This document shows, piece after piece, positions 11,122 to 23,834 of a DNA stretch of 64,000 nucleotides. Source of the DNA: Eledone cirrhosa (Eukaryota). The stretch spans positions 328,042,001-328,106,000 of the forward strand of contig OZ024742.1 of NCBI GenBank assembly GCA_964016885.1, written 5' to 3'. Positions within the stretch are counted from its first letter, which is position 1; each line of letters begins with the position of its first letter. The notes under the pieces were generated by a model. It made no database searches. It worked only from the letters and a program-made list of their open reading frames with translations, and was not told where the DNA came from. The position numbers and the translations under genes were made by a program.

Positions 11122-12646
11122 CCTGGGTGACGGGCTGTACAGAGACGACCAAGGTAGGACTTAAAGTAGAGATGGAACCCAATAGAAAAGTAGTGAATTT
11201 CCTGGACACCACCCTCAACCTCAACACCAAGCTACACCACCCATATCATAAACCCAATGAGAAGCTGGTGTATATCAACGCTGGGTCCAATCACCCTAGA
11301 TCTATAGTTAAGGCCGTAGTTAAGTGTGTCTCTGATAGGATCTCTAACTTGTCGGCCAATAAAGAGATCTTCAATAGTAACGCTGATTACTATAACTCAG
11401 CGCTAGCCAAGGCGTCCCACAGCCATAGGATCAGCTACAACCCTAAGGGACATGGTCGAGATGACCCAAGGGTACCCCGGACCAATACCCTCAGGGGCAT
11501 GAGTCGCCCACCTAATACTTCGGTGACCAGTAGTAACACTCCCAGACCCCTATCCGTCATCACCCCCGGCAGAAGGTCCCGCATACCCCACTGGTCTAAT
11601 ACCTACAACGCTGAAGATCACTGTGTTGCGGAGCATAGGCACCCTGCACCGGCCCCACCACCCGCCGAACCCTAATTGAGCAGAGAGGCCGCACCTTGCA
11701 GGTTTATAGCCCCAGGGTGGGCCCATACAACCCTCATGATAGTGACCGCTCAGCACACCTGAGTGACACCAACCGAGCTCGACCTGAGCTGTGCACAACC
11801 ACGCGATGGACCACGGCGGACACCCCAAAACCCCGCAAGAATAGGACCAGGAAGGTCACATGGTATAACCCTCCGTACTCTGTGGGTCTACGTACCAGCC
11901 TGGCTAGAACATTCTTTAGAGTACTGGATAAATGTTTCCCTAGGGCCCACAAGTACCATAAAATATTCAACAGGCACACGGTGAAACTTTCCTACTCACC
12001 CACACGCTCCGTAGCCCAGCACCTAGCTGGCATAAATAGGAATAGGCTCGCTGCCTCTAATATCACCGTAAACCCCGGAGCCACCCAACAGAACCATAAC
12101 GCGGGACGCACCGGAACCCGGACAGGCCCAACTAGCACACCGAAACCCAACGACCCTGTGCTGATTGCGGAGGCTACCCAGCCAACCCCGAGTGATGGTA
12201 ACCATGCAGTACATGTGGTGGGGCTTAAGAAGTCATGTAATTGCAGAGACCCATCACTATGCCCCCTTAGTAATGAATGCATGACGAAAAACGTAGTCTA
12301 CAGGTGCAAGGTCACAATCCCCAACTCGGAGCACCACTACATAGGATCCACAGCGACGAACTTCAAAGATCGGTGGTATAACCATCGCCATTCCTTTAAC
12401 AGAATAGATAAGGGGAAATGTACGGCCCTTTCTGAATTGATCTGGAAGCTCAAACTTGAAAAGACCTCGCACTCTCTGCTCTGGTCCGTGGTTAGAAAGG
12501 TTCCCCCAGACAGAGGCGGGTCTGGTATTTGCAACCTCTGTCTTAGTGAGACACTCGAGATACTTCATGACGGAACCAAGCTATTAAACAGAAGGACACC
12601 TAAGGACGGGAACTTTCCTCAAGCTATATGGATAAACTCCGGTTAA
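11122..12646 (+). pseudogene. PLE-C: 5'-truncated Penelope-like RT C-terminus + linker + GIY-YIG (Naiad-like)
   Basis: VNFLDTTLNL, YINAGSNHP, WYNPPYS, KIFNRHTVKLSYS, CNCRDPSLCPLSNEC..NVVYRC, YIGST, RWYNH, CNLCLSE, LLNRR; in-frame TAA at 11673-11675; the clade name is an inference. Confidence 0.9.
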
Positions 12647-12815
12647 GCCCCCCCCCCCCTGTAGGTCCCCTACACCCCGTACCAATGACCAATAGACAAT
12701 AACAACTATCCATAGTCTGTGGTCCCTATGGTGGATCGTCCACCGGATCCTCTACTGGTTACGAGTCATCAAAACCACGTTTTATTGAACCTGATTTTAT
12801 ATATATATATATAAA

Positions 12816-13037
12816 GGAACGATCGACTTTCGTCAAATCGGACTGAGGAAACAATGTTTCCGTTGGTCTTTCCAATTGCTAATACTATCTATCGGTCGCA
12901 ACTTCAGGTAGAAGGAGCAACGTGAAATAAAGTGTTGCCTTTATTTCACCTTGCCCAAGGACATAACGCATCCAGGAATCGAACTCACAACCTTACGATT
13001 GCGAATACAATTCTCTAACCACTCAGCCACACGCCTT

Positions 13038-13040
<3 letters not shown>
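12816..13040 (-). mobile_element. tRNA-derived SINE family 2
   Basis: Minus strand GGCGTGTGGCTGAGTGGTTAG...GAGTTCGATTCC; homologous to 7596-7815. Confidence 0.8.
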
Positions 13041-13109
<69 letters not shown>

Positions 13110-13156
13110 GTGTATATATGTATATATTTTATATGTGTATATATGTGTATTTTATC

Positions 13157-13221
<65 letters not shown>

Positions 13222-13560
13222 TCATTAGTTAAACAAAACAAGACCACAAATTTTACAAGGAAGACATTATTAAAAGATTGTCAACATATTTAGTTTGATG
13301 CAAAGAATGTAGAGAATAATAATAATAATAATATTAATAATAATAATGCCCGTTTACAATTGTTTCGCTACTCCGTATAATATTTCTGGATCAGATGACT
13401 ATGTATCATAATTGATCTGGTTCAGTTGAAAATAATTAACATATTTAAAAAAACACAGAGTGGCTCATCGGAACTCAAAGGAATATAAATTAAAATAATG
13501 TTACATAATATAATGTTCCATATATTAGATTTTACTATGGTGCCTTTGTTTCATCAGCTC

Positions 13561-14921
13561 TCTATCACCATCGAGCTGAACCATAAAGTAGGAAACTTCC
13601 TAGACGTCACTCTTGATCTCAACAATAACCTTTATAACCCAACCCTTATCATAAACCAGGCGAAATACTCACATATATTAGCCCACACTCTAACCACCCA
13701 CCGGCAGTCATCAGAGCAGTAATCAAATCTATCTCCTATATGATCTCGATGCTATCAGCAAATGAAGAGATATTTATAAACCACGCACAATATTATAATA
13801 AGGCTCTCTCTGAATCTGGTTATAAACAATCAATTTATTACATACCAAAATGCCATAACACAGCAACTCACCATAATAAAATTAACACTAGAACTAGTAA
13901 TACCTTAGCATATAGCCAGATTCGCCGGAATTTTAGCAGTAACAGCACCTATACAGTGAACTTTAATGGTGGCAGCGGCCTGCTTCCCCACTCCTAGTAG
14001 CAAACTAAGAATCAACCCTAGCATAGGAATGAGAAATGGGATGACAAATAACAAACCCCCAGGTAATAATAACCCTAGGAAGGCCCCTACCAACTCCACT
14101 AGAACCCCTAGAAAGAATAGGCCTAGAAATATCACCTGGCTTAACCCACCATTCTCATCTAATCTAGCCACTAATATCCCCAATCGCTTCTTCTCTATCC
14201 TATCCAAACACTTCCCACTAACCATAGATATTACAAACTCTTTAATAATAAAAACAACATTAAAATCTCATTCTCCACTACACCTAACCTAGCTAGCCAC
14301 ATCGCGTTCAGTAACCATCATAAGCTAAGACACTATAACTCCCACACCGCGGTACCACCACTCCTATCAAATACACCACGCCACTACACCAATAATTACT
14401 CTAGTAGCACACCTCCCCCATCTAATCCTTCTAGCACGGACCAACTGCTTAGGTTAAATAACCCTACTCTCACTAACCGCAGAAGCAACTGCAACTGCCG
14501 CTACCCCAATGCATGCCCATTAAATGGACACTGCCTGACACTCAACATAGTCTATAGGTGCACAGTTGAGACTGCTTCGAATACCAGCTCTTACATCGGG
14601 TCTACCTCTAACCCTTTTAAGGTACGCTATAACGCGCACTCTTTTTCCTTCCGAGATCCTAGCAACAGATGTTCGACATCGCTAGCTAGGCTCATTAAAA
14701 ACCTTAAATTAAACAAAGTTCAACACTCACTAAAATGGGATATCGTAGCTAGGGCACAACCGTTCAATGGACGAAGGAAATCTTGTGATCTCTGTGTTAC
14801 GGAAGCGTATTACATAACTCTATCAAGACCTCTACCAATTAACGATAGAACTGAGGTAACCATTAGCTGTCAACATCGAAGGGCTAATTCCTTCGCCAAT
14901 AGAGTTTTTGACCCAACTTAG
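13561..14921 (+). pseudogene. PLE-D RT C-terminus + GIY-YIG, frameshifted (Naiad-like)
   Basis: GNFLDVTLDL, SNHPP, WLNPPFS, CNCRYPNACPLNGHCL..NIVYRC, YIGSTS, RYNAH, CDLCVTE, SCQHRR; stop at 14919-14921. Confidence 0.9.
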
Positions 14922-15284
14922 TCATGTAGCCCCATCAATAATTGTAGCTAATATGTTAAATTGCTATGAACAACTCGATAATTATAAGTTACCTCCCCTA
15001 CATTGTCTCTCAATTAAATAATTTAAATACTAGCGCTTAACTATAAAATACACACAATCTCTAATCTCTCGAGAAGTTACTTCCCCTGAAACCACCCTCT
15101 AATTAGTAAGGTAAATATGCCCTTTGGCAGCCATCTTGTTACCCATAGGCAGATCTCACACAATGCAGCCTCGACAGATGAGTACTGCTTGATTATGGCT
15201 GACAGCTGATGAAACAAAGGCACCATAGTAAATATATATGGAACATTATATTATGTAACATTATTTTAATTTATATTCCTTTGA

Positions 15285-15407
15285 GTTCCGATGAGCCACT
15301 CAGTGTTTTTTTAAATATGTTAATTATTTTCAACTGAACCAGATCAATTATGATTCATAGTCATCTGATCCAGAAATATTATACGGAGTAGCGAAACAAT
15401 TGTAAAC
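15285..15407 (+). ncRNA. Hammerhead-like motif with greatly extended stem II (inverted copy at ~13352-13474)
   Basis: GUU-CCGAUGA-GCCACUC..~84 nt..GAGUAGC-GAAAC AAUU GUA|AAC; palindromic stem III ACAAUUGU. Confidence 0.6.
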
Positions 15408-15640
15408 GGGCATTATTATTATTATTATTATTGGCGACCTACGTAGTAAATCGTATCATCGTGAGCTCCGCAAAGGTTTGTTATTTCCGTTTGTTAAAAA
15501 TTGCCATTCATGGAAAATTTTTATTGTTAACCATATATAAGCAGACATACATTGTTTTCCGAAAAGGACACCCAAAAAGATTGGGGCCTTGTGCCCAAAA
15601 TTTAAACTTTTATTATTATCAAAAATTTCTTTGAAAAAAA

Positions 15641-17608
15641 ATGGCTAATTCACCTCTGCACCAAGCAGCTGAAAGCCTTCCTCACAAATTAACACCTCAC
15701 ACCGACACCATCATTGTAAATGTTACTACGTTTGCCAACACAAAAAAATATAAGCAGTAGCAATATTTTAAATTTGTCTCAGGCAGACATTCATTTCCCG
15801 CCATTACCAATGACTGCAGGTGTTAAAGCCTCCACCACCACCACCACCGCGACAACCCCCCCCCAACCACCACCGCGACAACAGAAACAAAAGAAGAAAA
15901 AAATAAATTAACTCGTGATGTCGAAATGAAATCAAGCAAATGGACTCTTCCGCACCAAAGACGACTGACGTCACCACCACCACAACTGAAACTAAAATTA
16001 ATATTAACATAAATAACGATAGCAACAACAACAACAATGACATTATAAAACCGACCCTCAGTTTCGCCAGAGTAGCAAAACAGTTCGAAGCATTTACGGT
16101 ATCTCAGGAGGATTTAGAAAATGCCAAACAAATGGTAAAGAAAGATGGGTACACGGTCAGCCTCACCCCCCACCTAATAAAATGGAGCATCGGCGCCTAT
16201 GCACCGTGTCGTATAGAACAATAAATGTAAAATCGCGCCGAGTGGAACGGGCATCCGAGTCCCAAATCCAAAAAGATTTGGGACATGTGTGGGCAAGAAA
16301 AACCTACATCAGACGTGGACAAAAGTATGGAACCGTGGACGTGTTCTTTGAAACACCAGAGGAGGCTAGAGAACACTCCATCGCCCCATTAAGAAGTGAC
16401 GACTTCACACTCGTCCCAAGCTATTGTGGCCAGAGACTCGTAAAGATCAGGGTGACCCACGTTCCACCGGCCATCGAAATTCCCTGGCTAATAGCGGCCG
16501 TCCTCGCCGGCATCGAAGCCAACACGAAAATAATAGCAATAGCAAAAGAAAAGCAGGAGAACTGGTCCGGATCTGGGATGGAGCTCCTGATCCAAGCGGA
16601 CCAAAAAAGCATTGAGGAGATCCCAGAGGTAATAGACCTCATTGACGGCAGCCACCTCACGGTAATTGTCGAGGGCAGAAGACCTAGGTGTGTCGTTTGT
16701 GGTGAAGGAACCCACCTAAGGGCTTTCTGCCCTCAGGCTAAAAGGTTGAGGTCACCTCTCCTACCCACCCCAGTGACACAACCATCAACACCACCAGTAG
16801 CAGAGATGGCAGCAACAACTGTAGCAGCAAAAACAGTAGCAACTATAACAGCAACAACGCCAGCAACAGTAGCAAAACCAACACCACCACCACCACCACC
16901 CAACGCTTCAGAACTAGCACCAGCGCCTACACCATCCACCACGCCACAACCAAAACTAACGCCTGTGGAGGATTTTCCACTCCCCGGCCTATCACAACTG
17001 GAGACAGATTGTGACGACGAGGAGTGGGAAACGATATCCTGAAAAAAAAAGAAACCAAAAAAGAAAAAATTCTCTTCCTTCCCCCTCCAAAAACAAAATA
17101 CAGAGGAAAACAAATAAACTAAGAAACAAAAAAGTTAGGACAGATATGCCACCATCCACACCAGCATCACCAACCCCATCAACCCAAACACCAACACCAT
17201 CACCATCATTAACTCCAACACCACCATCACCTACACCACAAAAGTCACCAAAATGCGAAACAGAAACAAACCCACAACAAACGCAAACAAAACAAAACAA
17301 CCAAAACGATACACACTACACAGCATTAAATTTGAACAACAAGCAATTATTACACTACATCCAACACAACACCAGCATCACAGAAAAAGACTACACAACA
17401 ACCCCAAAATTCACACCACCTCCACACATACAAATCACTCGCATCACACATAAAACGTACATGACACTAAAACAAAAAATTCCCCAAAGACATCGGAGAC
17501 TTCCGACAAGCACTCTCCAGGAGGATTTATAAGGACATCCTTCCTGAGGAGGCCACAAGCAGTGAACAGGATGGAAAAACCGTCCTTCCCCTACGAGAAG
17601 TAAGGTAA
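15641..17608 (+). pseudogene. Tx1-1 ORF1 (gag-like, CCHC knuckle), frameshifted
   Basis: RGQKYGTVDV, CVVCGEGTHLRAFC and C-terminal FPKDIG align with family-2 ORF1; several frameshifts. Confidence 0.85.
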
Positions 17609-17642
17609 GTGGTCTTTCCCATCTTTTCCACTCCTTTTCAAC

Positions 17643-20600
17643 ATGACCTCACTCAGAATAGGCAGCATAAATGCGCGTGGATTGGGGTCGTCATGGAAGC
17701 AGGGCCACCTGCTCAACGACCTCAGGTCACTAAACATAGATGTAGTGGCCATCAGCGAGACCAGAATCTCCGAAGCACAGGCTTTCGCACCGATCTTCGG
17801 CGGCTACGATGTGTACGCATCTCCCAGCCGTCCGGGATCGGGGGAGGAGTTGCTGTGCTTTTTCGGAGAGGTTTGGATCTTGCCATACGGGCCATCTTCC
17901 TGGACCCAGAAGGTAAGTTGGTGGTGCTGGACGTGACCAGCGGAGACGAGCAAGCTTTCAGGTTAGTGGCCGTCTATGCCCCGACAGGAGCAGGGCGGCC
18001 TGATTTCTTCCGGCGTCTGGAGACCTTTCTTGGAACGTCCCGCTCTTTAGTGTTAGTGGGCGACAGGAACGGGATCTTAGATGCACGCTGGGATTGTGTG
18101 GGATTAGTGGATAGGGAAGGAGGGTGCAAGAGTCTCACCAACCTGCTCAGACGTTTTGAACTGTCTGACAGGTACCGATTGGATTTCCCGAATGTACCAA
18201 TGTGGACTTGGACAAATCGCATAGGGTCATCCAGATCATATCTAGATAGAGTATTTTGTAGGGAAATAGATAGGTCTAGCATAGGCTGTCCACAATTCAA
18301 GATAGTCAGCTACACGGACCACAAATTCGTGATCTGTGTGCTTGAATTAGATAGGCTTCATAGGCGAGGACCCGGCTACTGGAAGCTAAACGCGTCCTTA
18401 CCAGCGCGCAAGGCCTAGAGAGACCGGATTAGCGAACTAGTTAAGCGGGCGTTGACGGGGGCCATCGTCAACAACAAGTGGTGGTTTGCTCTGAAAAGAG
18501 CGATTAGAATAGAGTCCATTAGGTTTAGTAAGACTTTAGCAATAGAGAAAAATAGAGCAGAGGGAGAACTAGTTAGAAAATTAGATGAGGCGCTTAGCAA
18601 AGGCATCGCGACCGACGTACTTGCGGCGAAATTGGCCCTTGACCAATTCTTCAATGCAAAGCACGAAGGCTGCGTTGTCAGAGCTAGGGTGCGTGCTCTC
18701 AGACACGAGGGGACGAAAGCCGTTCAATGGGCCCGAGTGGAGGAGGCGCGTCGTGGCAACAAAGCCACGATCCGGTCTTTGGTGGACCACGACGGGCGCA
18801 TGCTACTCGATCCCGGGCAAATGTGTGAAGCTTTTCAGCGACACTTCGCTCAACTGTTCGGGGGCAGTGGCGGGCCGGATCGAGGGATGGACTTTAGTGT
18901 CTACCTCGACGGACTGCCGCGGCTTTCGGCCACTGAGGCGGAGTGTTGCGAAAAGCCGATAACAACCGCTGAAGTACGGGATGCAATGACTAGTTGCACA
19001 AGGGGTAAATCGCCTGGTTTGGATTGTCTGCCCTATGAACTTTACTTGCAAATGCCAAACTTGTTCGGAGGCCTCTTGGCGGATGTCTACTGCAACTGGC
19101 AACAGAACGTTAGAATTTCCAGCTCTGTGAGCCGAGGAGCGGTGGCGCTGCTGAGAAAGGATCCGAACAAGTGGGATAACATAGACAATTTTAGGCCCAT
19201 AACTCTACTAAACACAGAGTTCAAGATTTTGGCCAAGGTGCTAGCAAAGAGGTTGGCGCTTGTCGTTGGTGGTCTGGTGGGAGAGGCACAGACATGCGCC
19301 ATTCCCGACAGATCCATCCACGACAACCTCCACCTCATGCGATACATCGTAGAGAGGGTAGCTAGGGAACCTGGCACGGGTGGGTCTTTGATCAATTTAG
19401 ATCAGTCGAAAGCCTTCGATAGGGTCGACCATCGTTACCTAGCGGCAGTCCTGAGGGCGGCTGGCTTGGGCCCGTCTTCACAGGCTGGATCGCTGCCATG
19501 CACAGCGACATCTGCTCTGTAGTGAGAGTGAACGGTCACCTTTCGGAACCGTTCAACATCATGCGCTCGGTCCGCCAAGGTTGTCCCCTCTCGTCCCTAT
19601 TGTACGTATTGACTCTCGAGCCCTTACTGCACAAACTGGAGACGTTGAGGGGGATCCCGCGCGAACTAGGATGCGGAAGATCCGTGCCAGCATATGCCGA
19701 CGATGTCACCGTAGTGGTGTCGAACGCCAAACACATCGAGGCGATCGGCACTACACTAAGAGAATACGAAGCGGTGACAGGAGCAATGATCAACCAGGAA
19801 AAGTCAGTGGGCCTGCAGCTCGGCACCTGGAGAGGCAGGTCCATGCCGTCCAACAGCGTCGTCGGACGCTGGACGGACGGACCGGTTAAATTGCTAGGGG
19901 TCTGGTTCAGTCCGGACCTCCAGACGGACAAAAACTGGGACGAGGTGACGAGCAGGGTGGCTTCTCTCACCCAGAAATGGGCCGAGAGGAAGCTATCCCT
20001 GAAAGGTCGAGCGGAGGTGGCTAACGCGTACATCGCGTCCGTCATCTACTACCGCCTGACCGTCGTACCTTGTCCTAAGCCCCGCCTGACTGCGCTGGAA
20101 CGTTTGCTCTTTCGCTTCTTGTGGAAGGGACGCGCTCCGATGGTCAGGCGGTCCATCTGCTGTCAACACCCGCTACGTGGAGGGCTGGGCATGCCGTGGC
20201 TGATGATGCGCAGACACGCGCTCAGGCTACGACATCTCCACCTCTTCCTCGACGGTGATCAGGTGTGGTCGCCGTTTGCTAGACACGTATTTCCCCAGCT
20301 CGTCTCCTTGACGGAGCTGCTGTCCTGGGTCAAGCGAAGACCGAGAGGGAGCGCTTGGAGACTGGAATGTCTTCAGGCGCTCACAGCCCTCGACCAATCG
20401 GGCAATGTGATCGGTGGAAACTCCACCTTGGCGTTCTATAGGGGATTAGTGGAAGGGAAGAGCGACGACGTACTTGGAGAAACTCTAGGCGTCGACGAAA
20501 ATCAACTAGCCAATCTCTACGGAAGGACTTTCGGGCCGGGGCCTATGGACAACTTCCAGAAATCCCTGGCCTGGCAGTGCTACCGGGGTACTTTGCCAGT

Positions 20601-21060
20601 TCGGGATAAACTTTACAGGCATGGAGGTGCCGTCAGCCGGGAATGTCCGAGATGCGCACAGGGCGACGAAACCGTCCTGCACGCACTCGTCCAGTGTCCG
20701 AGCATTGCTGACTTGTGGGTTTATGTCGAACACCTGCTGTCACGTGTAGGACGGATCCAGCTATCAGCTGAGTCCATCGTGAGGATTGCCCCGCCCTCTT
20801 CCTTTAGCCGGGAAGGGCAGGCAGTTTTTATCTGCCTGGTGGCCATGGTGAAAGAGATAGTATGGTGGACACGTTTGAAAGGGCTGAAGACGAGCACTTA
20901 CCTCTTCGGTGATGCTCTGATTGACTTTTTCAAATTTCATTTGAAAAGTAAAATCAGAGTAGAGGGGGAAGTACTCTCTTCCCAGCATTTTGTTGAAAGA
21001 TGGGTGAGAGAAGCAAGAATGGCCCGAGTGAATGGGCCTTCTCTGAGTATGTGTCTCTAA
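17643..21060 (+). pseudogene. Tx1-1 ORF2 (APE endonuclease-RT-Zn finger), disrupted
   Basis: GSINARGL, VYAP, SYLDR, LDQSKAFDRVDH, RQGCPLS, YADD, CPRC..HALVQC, split over four ORFs by frameshifts and a stop. Confidence 0.93.
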
Positions 21061-21846
21061 ATTAAAGGTGGAAAACTGGGAGAGGGCACTTGCCCTGGTG
21101 GTCAGGGCCACTGTGGTCTTTTAATGGGCTTTCTCCACAAATGTCCCTCGGAAGTCTCCCCCCTATTGGGGAATTTTTCTTTGTTATTTTATTTCATCCT
21201 CTGTTTTTTTTACACGCAGAAATGCCCATTTGTACCGTCCTGTATTGTCCTGTACTGTCCTTAATGTCTACTTTATGTAAACCCTTGTGGTTAATAAAGA
21301 AAACATTATTATTAATATTATTATTATTATTATTCTCTACATTCTTTGCATCAAACTAAATATGTTGACAATCTTTTAATAATGTCTTCCTTGTGAAATT
21401 TGTGGTCTTGTTTTGCTTAAATAATGAATATTTCCAGCTCTGCGCACCTAACCTCTGCATGAACCCAGCCACCTAGCTGCTTTCTACTGCATATTGCACA
21501 TTGAGCACATGCCTTTACGCTTTGGCTTCTAACTAACTCACCAATCTTTCCTCTCATATCTCCTCTACTATCTCAATCTCTCTCTTTAAGATTGGTTACT
21601 CTTGAACTGTGTATATATATATATATATATTTTATATATATATATATGTATATGTGTATTTTTATATATATATATATATGTGTGTATATTTTATATATGT
21701 GTGTATTTTATATGTATGTATATTTTATATATATATATTTTATATATATATATATTTGATATATATATATGTCTTATATATATATATTTGATATATATAT
21801 ATATATATATACTTGTGCGTACATATATATACACACCTGTATAGAT

Positions 21847-22146
21847 TTGTGCGTGTAGACGTGTGTGTATCTGATGGGGTAGGTGTGAGTGTATGTACAA
21901 GTCAACCAACATAAGCCTTTTATTTCTAAATTTTCTAAACTATCTAAGTATTTTGACTCTAACCATTAATTTAAGTATTACCACCCCACATTAATTCCTC
22001 AATTTGTATGTGTGGATGTGTGTGTGTGTCTGTGGAGATGGGTGTGAGTGTACGTGCAAGCCAACCTACATAAGTCTTTTTATTTGTAAATTTTTTACTC
22101 TAAACATAAATTAAAGTAGCACCATTCCACATAAATTCCTCAATTT
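21847..22146. repeat. Diverged tandem duplication, ~150-bp unit
   Basis: GGTGTGAGTGTA.GT.CAAG.CAACC.ACATAAG...CCACAT.AATTCCTCAATTT occurs twice. Confidence 0.75.
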
Positions 22147-22451
22147 AAGAATGACCTGTAGTATCTATTTCATACTATTAATCTTAATTGAATATATATC
22201 TGACCAGGAATGCTTTTTGTGAAAATCAGTCATATGGAACTATTGTCATCTTGCCTGACGGTTTGAACTTTACAACACCACCTGTCTCTTTGAGGTCAAA
22301 TACCAACCTACTAGCATCTACAAACTGACCAATGAGAATTAAGACTATTTCTGCTGACAACATTAAATTATTCCTAACAAGCTCATATGTCCCAAGGCTC
22401 TGATACCATCAACACTATCAACACAGATCTGGCATATCTAAGAACTGACTA

Positions 22452-22507
22452 ACTGCCTGATGAGGTCATAGCCATTCAATGGCTATCATCGAAATATATA
22501 CAGCAGT
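22452..22507 (+). ncRNA. Hammerhead ribozyme motif, probable PLE terminal remnant
   Basis: ACUGC-CUGAUGA-GGUcAUAGCCA uucaa UGGCUAUcAUC-GAAA UAUA UA caGCAGU; stem I is offset by 2 nt; followed by AATAAA and (TA)n. Confidence 0.7.
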
Positions 22508-22632
22508 AAATAAAGGAATTATGAGTTCATGCAATTGACTTATGTTTCGTCACTATATATATATATACATATATGTTGATTCAAAACTGCACTATTCACA
22601 AGTGTTTTTTAACCTTCATATCATGTCTTCCT

Positions 22633-22701
22633 ATTTTATCTGATGAAAACACAAATATTATTGCATGTTGATATTTGTTTTTGAAATGCGCATAATAAAA
22701 T
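22633..22701 (+). ncRNA. Hammerhead ribozyme with intact core and palindromic stem III
   Basis: AUUUUAU-CUGAUGA-(13/14-bp stem II)-GAAA UGCGCA UA|AUAAAAU; same family as 10384-10649. Confidence 0.8.
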
Positions 22702-22886
22702 ACATGGAACTCTTTTAACCATCTTTTGATCTTATATATTATATATACATATATATATTTATTCAAATAACAGATTAAAGTTTAAGCAAAGAATCGCTGC
22801 TTTCACCCTTAACGGGATCTTATATTTGATATATAATTATCCTCATCGAGCCCTCTTTGGATATTAGTCTTCAAATTTATTATTAC

Positions 22887-22919
<33 letters not shown>

Positions 22920-23160
22920 ACGTCTGTACATGTGTGTATATGTGTGTATGTGTGTGTGTTTGTTTGTGTGAATATGGCTAACTACATATACATTCTTTCT
23001 CTATTACAAACACTCACATAGTTCTCGATCCAACCAAATTCAGTAGAAATATTTATTTATATAGCTACCATCGGTTACCTCCTTAAGAGAGAACATTGTT
23101 GTCGTTAACAGCGAGCAGTCGTTCACCTTACATACGCTGGCTTTAACGTACAATTTCCGT

Positions 23161-23191
23161 TTGGTAGTAGTAGTAGTGGTAGTGTTAGTGA

Positions 23192-23222
<31 letters not shown>

Positions 23223-23436
23223 GATGGTGGTGGTGGTAGTAGTAATGGTGGCAGTAATAGTACTAGTAGTAGTACTAATAGTAGTAGTAGTGATGGTAGT
23301 GGTAGTAGTAGTAGTGGTGGTGGTAGTAGTGGTGGTGGTAGTAATAGTAATAGAAGTAGTAGTAGTGATGGTGGTGGTAGTAGTAATAGTGGTAGTAGTA
23401 GTAGTAGTAGTGGTGGTGGTGGTCGTGGTGGTGGAA

Positions 23437-23483
<47 letters not shown>

Positions 23484-23623
23484 GGAGTTAGTAATTGTAG
23501 TAGTAGTGGTGGTGGTGGTGGTGGTAGTAGTGGTGGTGGGGTAGTAGTAGTAGTGGTAGTAGTAGCAGTGGTGGTAGTAGTAGTAGTGGTGGTAGTATTA
23601 CATTTATTATTATTATTATTATT
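23161..23623. repeat. (GTA)n/(GTG)n compound trinucleotide repeat ending in (ATT)n
   Basis: Directly visible; resumes at 36286-36520. Confidence 0.95.
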
Positions 23624-23834
23624 GACGAAAGTGGATGTACGTTTTTTGAAGCTCCGTGAGTAAGCAATTTTTTGAGGATTAATTGTGGAGAATTGTTTAT
23701 TTTGTTGTACCGCTGAAGCATTATAAGACATTCATTTGTATCCTGTGAAGGAATAACTCATAATATTTGGGCCTTTTGGCCCAAATATTTGAACTTTATT
23801 TTGGAAAAATAATAATTTTTTTTCTCAAAAAAAC

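Larger units (their letters stand above)
15433..21304 (+). mobile_element. Full-length L1/Tx1-clade non-LTR retrotransposon, family 1 (decayed)
   Basis: 5' UTR, ORF1, APE-RT ORF2, 3' UTR with AATAAA; flanked by (ATT)7 and (ATT)3. Confidence 0.93.
13222..21610 (+). mobile_element. PLE-D with an inverted 5' copy of its 3' terminal repeat, interrupted by Tx1-1
   Basis: 13222-13560 is the reverse complement of 15203-15432 joined to 21305-21430; coding remnant in between; both outer ends abut TA-rich repeats. Confidence 0.85.

Noticed and set aside
11122-14921. Selenocysteine (in-frame UGA) recoding, reported for some Naiad PLEs
   Set aside because: The conserved Cys positions I checked are TGY codons; the interruptions are TAA/TAG or frameshifts
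23123-23731. Poly-Leu/Pro/Val ORFs (also 36170-36546)
   Set aside because: Translations of GTA/GTG trinucleotide repeats
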